Part shown: positions 59,026-64,000 of the stretch, piece by piece
How the letters are laid out: every line of letters starts with the position of its first letter
Numbering within the stretch: position 1 is the first letter of the stretch
Assembly: GCA_964634875.1 (NCBI GenBank)
Contig: CAZWKA010000002.1
Coordinates: forward strand, 79,590 to 143,589
DNA from: an uncultured Gammaproteobacteria bacterium
Lineage (GTDB): Bacteria; Patescibacteriota; Patescibacteriia; Magasanikbacterales; GWA2-37-8
Direction of reading: 5' to 3'
DNA: 64,000 nt
Translations under genes and position numbers: made by a program
The notes under the pieces: generated by a model
The model's database searches: none
What the model was told of the DNA's origin: nothing
What the model saw: the letters and a program-made list of their open reading frames with translations, nothing else

Positions 59026-60774
59026 ATGTTTAAACGCATCCACGCTTTTTTTCACACCCACTACCACAGACATTATCATGGCATTTATAAAAACCCAAAA
59101 AAACTTTTTATCTTTGACCTCTTCCTTTTGGGCACCTCGCTCATTATGCTGGGCAGCAGTTTATTCTTTTTTTTCTGGAAACCCGGCACCACCGATCTCG
59201 TTGACCTGAAAATAAGCCTTGGTGACACCCGTATCAAAAGCGGTGAAGCGGTTAAAGTCAGTGTCAATTTTACCAACCGAAATAAGTTTGAACTCACCCG
59301 CCCGACACTCGCCATTCATTTGCCTGACGGTTTTATAGTTGATCGAAGCAAAACTCCGGAAAGTGTTTTTTCGAACAACTCCATCGTTGCACTCGACACG
59401 ATCGAGCCGGGAGCAAAAGGACAGGCTGAGGTCTACGGACATCTTTTTGCAGAACCTAAAACTGACGAGCGTATACTTGCCTCACTCTCGTACCAAGCAG
59501 GTCCCGATCGAGCAGTTGAACAAAAACTGGCTTCATACTTTATCACGCTCCCCGAGAGCATTCTCCAAGATACTCTAGCCATTGCCAGCTCTAGTTTTGG
59601 CAAGCAGTCCGTGCCGTTTACGTATACTCTTAAAAATACAGGTAGTACGCCCGTAAATAACTTGGGGCTTGAGGACACCTGGAATGAACCGCTCGTTCCT
59701 GAAAATAAACGCAAAGATCTGACTTTGGCACCTGGCGAAACAATTGAGCTCAAAGGCACACTCACAGCACCTACTCAAGCCGGAGAGTATACAGTGGTTA
59801 TCCGTTCATATGTCGTTGCCAACAACCAAAAAATCACCCAATCAACCCAGCAAAAAAAATTGACCGTCATCGTTCCTGAGTTACGCTCGGAAATTAAACT
59901 TACCAAACCTGTCGCTTTTGTTGAACCTCGCCAAGAGCTTCCACTGGAAATAAGCTGGAAAAACACCAACGCATTTGCGCTCAAAAATGTACGGCTGAAG
60001 ATCACTCCTACTGCCGGACTTGTTGACCTCGCCAAAACAGGGCGTGAAAATCAGTTGAAGGTTGAAAACGGCGCGCTCGTTATCGATAGCAGCCGACGGA
60101 CAGTGCTAGGACGCGCAGAGCCTGGAGCTACAGATACGCTCGAGATCACCCTATACTTACTCCCTTCGTTCCAAGGCTCAAATAACGCCCCACGCCTGAC
60201 TATCACTCCCACACTCGAAGGCAGCACCGAGCTTATCGAGGGACAGGTTTTTAACGAGAGTAGCGCGCCGCTTATTCTCGCACTTTCAACTGACTTGGCA
60301 CTCAACGCGGAAGTACGCTACTTTACTGCCGAAGGAGACCAACTCGGCCGCGGTCCCTTGCCACCGGAAGTTGGTAATAGCACCAAATACTGGGTCTTCC
60401 TCGAACTCTTTAACACCATTAACCCCACCGAAGAAAATGCTTTAACCATCTCTTTGGCGCCGGGCGTTACCTTTACTGGCAAACAAAGTGTCACCCTGGG
60501 CAAGCCGCTCGGCACCTCTGGCGACGGACGTACACTTTCCTGGCAACACCCCGAAATTCCACCCGCCACAAAAACCGGCTGGTATTTTGAACTAGAAAGC
60601 ACTCCGACCGAAGCGAATATCGGAAAAAACCTAAGCTTAGTGCAGGGCATAACGTTTACTGCCAAAGACAGCGTGGTCAGTAAGGCATTTAGATTGCAAC
60701 CTGGAAGCCTGACAAACGTGCTCAAAGCCAATGACCGCGGTTCACGATCCGCTTCAAAAGTAATTGCACCGTAA
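59026..60774 (+). CDS. Membrane-anchored Ig-like beta-sandwich repeat protein
   Basis: His-rich N-terminus, one TM, repeated YTLKNTG/LAPGE-type Ig-like modules, YFTAEGDQLGRGPLPP. Confidence 0.65.
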   Translation: MFKRIHAFFHTHYHRHYHGIYKNPKKLFIFDLFLLGTSLIMLGSSLFFFFWKPGTTDLVDLKISLGDTRIKSGEAVKVSVNFTNRNKFELTRPTLAIHLPDGFIVDRSKTPESVFSNNSIVALDTIEPGAKGQAEVYGHLFAEPKTDERILASLSYQAGPDRAVEQKLASYFITLPESILQDTLAIASSSFGKQSVPFTYTLKNTGSTPVNNLGLEDTWNEPLVPENKRKDLTLAPGETIELKGTLTAPTQAGEYTVVIRSYVVANNQKITQSTQQKKLTVIVPELRSEIKLTKPVAFVEPRQELPLEISWKNTNAFALKNVRLKITPTAGLVDLAKTGRENQLKVENGALVIDSSRRTVLGRAEPGATDTLEITLYLLPSFQGSNNAPRLTITPTLEGSTELIEGQVFNESSAPLILALSTDLALNAEVRYFTAEGDQLGRGPLPPEVGNSTKYWVFLELFNTINPTEENALTISLAPGVTFTGKQSVTLGKPLGTSGDGRTLSWQHPEIPPATKTGWYFELESTPTEANIGKNLSLVQGITFTAKDSVVSKAFRLQPGSLTNVLKANDRGSRSASKVIAP

Positions 60775-60775
60775 T

Positions 60776-60824
60776 AAAAAATAAAAAAGAACGAAAGGAA
60801 AACTTTCGTTCTTTTTTATTTTTT
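60776..60824. terminator. Bidirectional intrinsic terminator
   Basis: 22-bp stem AAAAAATAAAAAAGAACGAAAG / CTTTCGTTCTTTTTTATTTTTT. Confidence 0.85.
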
Positions 60825-60827
60825 GTT

Positions 60828-60934
60828 TTTCCAGTAGAAGTTTCTAGCACCTAAGTAAGGTACTAAAAGCTTGGATCTACTGGAAAGGAGGAAGAGACGA
60901 CCCAGCCGAACACAGGTTAGACCTGCGTTCTAGA
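60828..60934 (-). ncRNA. Unnamed structured RNA motif, copy 1 (3' UTR)
   Basis: 10-bp hairpin + GGC..GGGTC + long bulged hairpin; compensatory changes versus copy 2; G.U pairs form only on the minus strand. Confidence 0.6.
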
Positions 60935-61532
60935 ACGGGGGCGGCGGGACGGGACGGCGGGGCTTCTTTTTGACCACCTTCTTCTTGGGCGGGACAACGA
61001 CCTTCTTCTTCGCACAATCCTTGGCGAGCACATCGCGATCGAGCTCGAGATCCTTGATGCGACGCTCCGCCGCGCGCTGCACGAGGGCGGCTGAGGTGCG
61101 GTAGAAAAAGTAGGTACCAGAACAGACAAGCAAGCCGACGACAGCAGCCAGCAGACAGGCCGACTTGAACAGCCTGCTGTCATCCTTGGCAGCTACAAGA
61201 GCCTGCTGCGCTTGCAACTTTTCGGCAGCCTCGGCTCGGAACAACTGATCCTTCTGATCGAGACTGGCGGCAGCGGCCTTGCGTGTGGCCTCGAGACGAG
61301 CCTCCAGCTGCTGGGCACGCTCGAGGGCGTCCTTTTCAGCACGAGTTGCCGTGCAGGCCTGCTGCTCCAGCTTATTAGCCCGAAGCGCTTCTTGGTCGGC
61401 CACCTCTTCAGCGGCCGCGGTCACGCGGCAGAGCGCAACCAGAGCGTTACACTCGAAGGGGTGAGCCTGGACCAAGTCGGCCCAGTTCATAGACACGAGC
61501 TTTGCAGGCACAGGAATCGTCTTTTTGGACAT
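60930..61532 (-). CDS. Orphan coiled-coil protein with one TM helix and Lys/Pro-rich tail
   Basis: GGAGG 5 nt before ATG 61532; A/E/Q/K-rich helix, TM ACLLAAVVGLLVCSGTYFFY. Confidence 0.7.
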   Translation of the reverse strand: MSKKTIPVPAKLVSMNWADLVQAHPFECNALVALCRVTAAAEEVADQEALRANKLEQQACTATRAEKDALERAQQLEARLEATRKAAAASLDQKDQLFRAEAAEKLQAQQALVAAKDDSRLFKSACLLAAVVGLLVCSGTYFFYRTSAALVQRAAERRIKDLELDRDVLAKDCAKKKVVVPPKKKVVKKKPRRPVPPPPF

Positions 61533-61645
61533 GAAACCCTCCAGTAAAAAGTTTACATACCTCTTTGAGGCATGCTTCCTTAAATACTCTATAGCTGATA
61601 GAGAACTTAACAAAACATGCCTTATTTTTAAGGAACTAACGCCTA

Positions 61646-61674
61646 ACTATAGCACATTTTTACCCTTTTGTCAA
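61646..61674 (-). promoter_or_regulatory. sigma70 promoter, cassette A
   Basis: TTGACA-N17-TATAGT with TG extended -10. Confidence 0.75.
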
Positions 61675-61683
61675 GGTTGTCGG

Positions 61684-61720
61684 CCAAAACAAAAACAACC
61701 GTTTTGTGCGGTTGTTTTGG
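61684..61720 (-). terminator. Intrinsic terminator, cassette B
   Basis: AAAACAACCG/CGGTTGTTTT stem followed by TGTTTT on the minus strand. Confidence 0.7.
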
Positions 61721-61731
61721 CTTGAGAAACC

Positions 61732-61842
61732 CTCCAGTAGAAGTTCCTACCACCTTGGTAAAGGTAGTAAAAGCTTGGATCTACTGGAGTGAGTATAAAG
61801 TGATGACCCTTGCCGAAAACGAGTTTTCACTCATTCTCTAGA
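61732..61842 (-). ncRNA. Unnamed structured RNA motif, copy 2 (3' UTR)
   Basis: GAGAATGAGT-GAAA-ACTCGTTTTC hairpin, GGCAAGGGTC, CTCCAGTAGA...TCTACTGGAG long hairpin. Confidence 0.6.
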
Positions 61843-61868
61843 CAGCTCGGGCCACGGAACCTCTCTGG

Positions 61869-62654
61869 CTAGCTGCCCTCGGCCTTCAGACGCTGGGCGC
61901 GCAGATGGGCCTTGCGGGCAGCCTTCTTGAGGGCACGCCGCTCGTCGGCCTGGCGAGCCTCGTTGACCTGGCGCTGCAGGGCCTTCTGGCCCTGTTCGGC
62001 CTCGATCAGCTCGCGATCGCGGGCGTCCACGGCCTTCTCCAACGTACGGGCGTTCGCCTCACTGCTCGTGGCCGCAAAGCGCGCCTCGGCGATGGCACGA
62101 TCCTTCTGGATGAGTCTCTTTGCGTACTCGTTGTACTGGTAGAGACTGAAGGCCGAACAGAAGGCCGTGAACACCATGAAGACGAGGACGAAGCGGCGGC
62201 TGCGTCTCTTGGTTTTCGCTCGGTGGCTCTTGGCGAGGCTGGTGCGAACATCGGCCACAGCGTCGCGCTGATCGATGATGGTCGCGGCGAGCGCTTGCAC
62301 GAGAGCAAGGTGCGCTGCGGCCTGGTTCTTCAGCTCACGGTGGAAGTAGAGGGCAACCGCGACTCTCGCCTTTTCCGCGAGGCGAAGCTCCTCCAGGTGA
62401 CTCTGGCGCGTTTCCCGGCGCTCGGTGATGAGCTCCTGGATACGAATGGAGCGACCCACGAGATCAACCAGCAGCTGCTGGATGATGCGGCGGCTCTGTG
62501 CCAGATCGTCCTGGAGGGTGAGCATACGGAGGCCATGGCTCACCAGGGTGCTGGCGTCCGGCGTCGGATCCGCCTGGACGAGGCGGAGCGGCGGGAACTG
62601 GGGCAGCGTGGCCGAAGAGCCGGGCTTGGCATGCGAAGCGACAATATCATCCAT
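61869..62654 (-). CDS. Orphan coiled-coil protein with one TM helix
   Basis: GGGAGG 8 nt before ATG; heptad-like helices on both sides of TM FVLVFMVFTAFCSAFSLY; GC-rich. Confidence 0.7.
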   Translation of the reverse strand: MDDIVASHAKPGSSATLPQFPPLRLVQADPTPDASTLVSHGLRMLTLQDDLAQSRRIIQQLLVDLVGRSIRIQELITERRETRQSHLEELRLAEKARVAVALYFHRELKNQAAAHLALVQALAATIIDQRDAVADVRTSLAKSHRAKTKRRSRRFVLVFMVFTAFCSAFSLYQYNEYAKRLIQKDRAIAEARFAATSSEANARTLEKAVDARDRELIEAEQGQKALQRQVNEARQADERRALKKAARKAHLRAQRLKAEGS

Positions 62655-62774
62655 GATGGTGTCCTCCCAAAAACAGGTTATACATCCGCACCTAGGGTTA
62701 AGGTGCGTTCCCGCAAAAGCTCAGTAAAAGCTTTTAAGGAAAAACACCTTATATTTCAAAGACCACGACAAACC

Positions 62775-62803
62775 AGCCTAGTACATTTTAGCCGTTTTGT
62801 CAA
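62775..62803 (-). promoter_or_regulatory. sigma70 promoter, cassette B
   Basis: TTGACA-N17-TAGGCT. Confidence 0.65.
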
Positions 62804-62835
62804 GATATGCTCAGCATTAAACCTTAATTTTAGCT

Positions 62836-62875
62836 AAAAAAAGAAAGCCCTGGCTAGGTGTACTAGCCAGGACTT
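62836..62875 (-). terminator. Intrinsic terminator, cassette C
   Basis: CCTGGCTAG/CTAGCCAGG stem followed by TCTTTTTTT on the minus strand. Confidence 0.75.
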
Positions 62876-62908
62876 GAAGAAGGACTCCCTAGAAGAACAA
62901 CGTGCCGC

Positions 62909-63310
62909 CTACTCAGCCAACACGCAGATCAGCTGCCACTCCTGTTGAGTAGCCGGAGCCGGAGGGGGCGGTGGAGGAGGGGCCGGTGGAAGTGGCGGGT
63001 TTGGAGGGGGCGGATCAAGCCGACCGAGTTGGACAGTGAAACCGTCTTGCCCCGGGGGATTACAGAGCACGGTATCACCACTTCGAACGCACTCCAGCAC
63101 TGTCCTTGCGCGTTCACCGGTAGTGATAGTACATCGGCTTGGCGCTCGCGGGATCACTGCCAAAATATCGGGGGCGACAGGAATGAACTCTACGTCCGAC
63201 TCATGACTGACGGTCGACCCAAAGCCTCCACCAACACCATAGGCAACCAAGGCCGGACAACCTGGTAACAGCACAAGCACACACGGCAAAAAACACGTCG
63301 TGAGCTTCAT
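62909..63310 (-). CDS. Putative Cys/Pro-rich lipoprotein
   Basis: AGGAG SD, signal with LLPGC lipobox, four further Cys, polyproline tract. Confidence 0.6.
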   Translation of the reverse strand: MKLTTCFLPCVLVLLPGCPALVAYGVGGGFGSTVSHESDVEFIPVAPDILAVIPRAPSRCTITTGERARTVLECVRSGDTVLCNPPGQDGFTVQLGRLDPPPPNPPLPPAPPPPPPPAPATQQEWQLICVLAE

Positions 63311-63352
63311 GGCTGACTCCTTTCGTGAACCAAAAGATCAGAACTACATCGT

Positions 63353-63382
63353 AAGATAAACATTTTTTTGCCGTAACGTCAA
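63353..63382 (-). promoter_or_regulatory. Putative promoter, cassette C
   Basis: TTGACG-N18-TATCTT. Confidence 0.45.
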
Positions 63383-63389
63383 TACAGAT

Positions 63390-64000
63390 TTAGTGCTTAC
63401 CCGAGAAAGCAGACGCCAATTTTTGAAGCCGCTGTACCTGGTCAACTTTTTCCCAAGAAAATCCCTCTTTTCCAAAATGTCCGTAGCTCGCTGTAGCTCG
63501 GTACATCGGCCGAAGCAACTGCAGCTGTTCAATAATTTTACCCGGACGAAAATCAAAAACACGTGCAATTATTTTTACCAGATCCGCGTCAGCGATCGCA
63601 CTGGTACCAAAGGTATTTACATTAATGCTCGTTGGCTCTGCTTTACCGATGCAATAAGCCACTTGGACTTCACACCGTTCGGCCAAACCGGCAGCGACCA
63701 TGTTTTTGGCCACATAGCGAGCCATGTATGCGCCCGAACGATCTACCTTTGATGCGTCTTTGCCTGAAAAGCAGCCCCCGCCATGCCGACCCATGCCGCC
63801 GTAGGTATCGACAATAATTTTGCGCCCCGTCAGCCCCGCATCACCATGTGGGCCACCGACCACAAAGCGGCCAGTCATATTAATATGGAACTCAGTTTTC
63901 TTGTCGAGGTAGCGGGCGCACACAGGATTAATAACGTGCTTAATGATATCGGCGCGTAATTTTGTGAGCGACACTTTTTCATCATGCTGGGCTGACACCA
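63390..64000 (-). CDS. metK: S-adenosylmethionine synthetase (3' part; gene starts beyond the window)
   Basis: [41 protein letters not shown]. Confidence 0.96.
   Translation of the reverse strand, partial: VSAQHDEKVSLTKLRADIIKHVINPVCARYLDKKTEFHINMTGRFVVGGPHGDAGLTGRKIIVDTYGGMGRHGGGCFSGKDASKVDRSGAYMARYVAKNMVAAGLAERCEVQVAYCIGKAEPTSINVNTFGTSAIADADLVKIIARVFDFRPGKIIEQLQLLRPMYRATASYGHFGKEGFSWEKVDQVQRLQKLASAFSGKH

Noticed and set aside
60917-61547. Alternative-frame ORF 60917-61183 and antisense ORF 61212-61547
   Set aside because: Shadows of the GC-rich cassette A gene, without SD or promoter support
60828-61842. Integron attC sites or CRISPR repeats
   Set aside because: No RYYYAAC/GTTRRRY cores, only two copies about 900 bp apart, no integrase or cas genes, and cassettes carry their own promoters
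61905-62837. 310-aa antisense ORF
   Set aside because: Expected stop-free shadow of a high-GC gene; promoter, SD and terminator all support the minus-strand ORF
63344-63752. Short ORFs overlapping metK
   Set aside because: Alternative frames of a well-supported gene

Overview
Bacterial chromosomal window, probably Patescibacteria/CPR (inferred from compact SD-less AT-rich gene junctions, a CPR-type large surface protein and an ECF sigma/DUF5667-like pair; not proven). About 1-47,900 is a very large, mostly minus-strand surface-glycan locus. It contains a CMP-nonulosonate synthetase with a WbuXYZ-type amidotransferase triad and a complete sulfation module (sulfotransferase, CysQ, CysC and an unusual pyruvate kinase-ATP sulfurylase fusion). 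It also holds 8 GT4, 4 GT2 and about 5 GT-C-like glycosyltransferases, methyltransferases, AsnB, two Gmd paralogues, UDP-GlcA decarboxylase and an MBOAT/SGNH O-acylation pair. Next come two O-antigen-ligase/TPR proteins, arfB, a 1241-aa S-layer-like protein, an ECF sigma with a candidate anti-sigma, and a small HTH gene whose promoter carries three TTGTATA-N8-TATACAA boxes. At 60,800-63,400 are three self-contained, GC-rich orphan gene cassettes. Two encode similar coiled-coil/single-TM proteins, share a two-state structured 5' leader and each carry a covarying ~110-nt structured RNA motif between stop codon and terminator. The window ends in metK. No rRNA, tRNA, CRISPR array or transposase was seen. 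All calls come from reading motifs by eye; no database searches were run.
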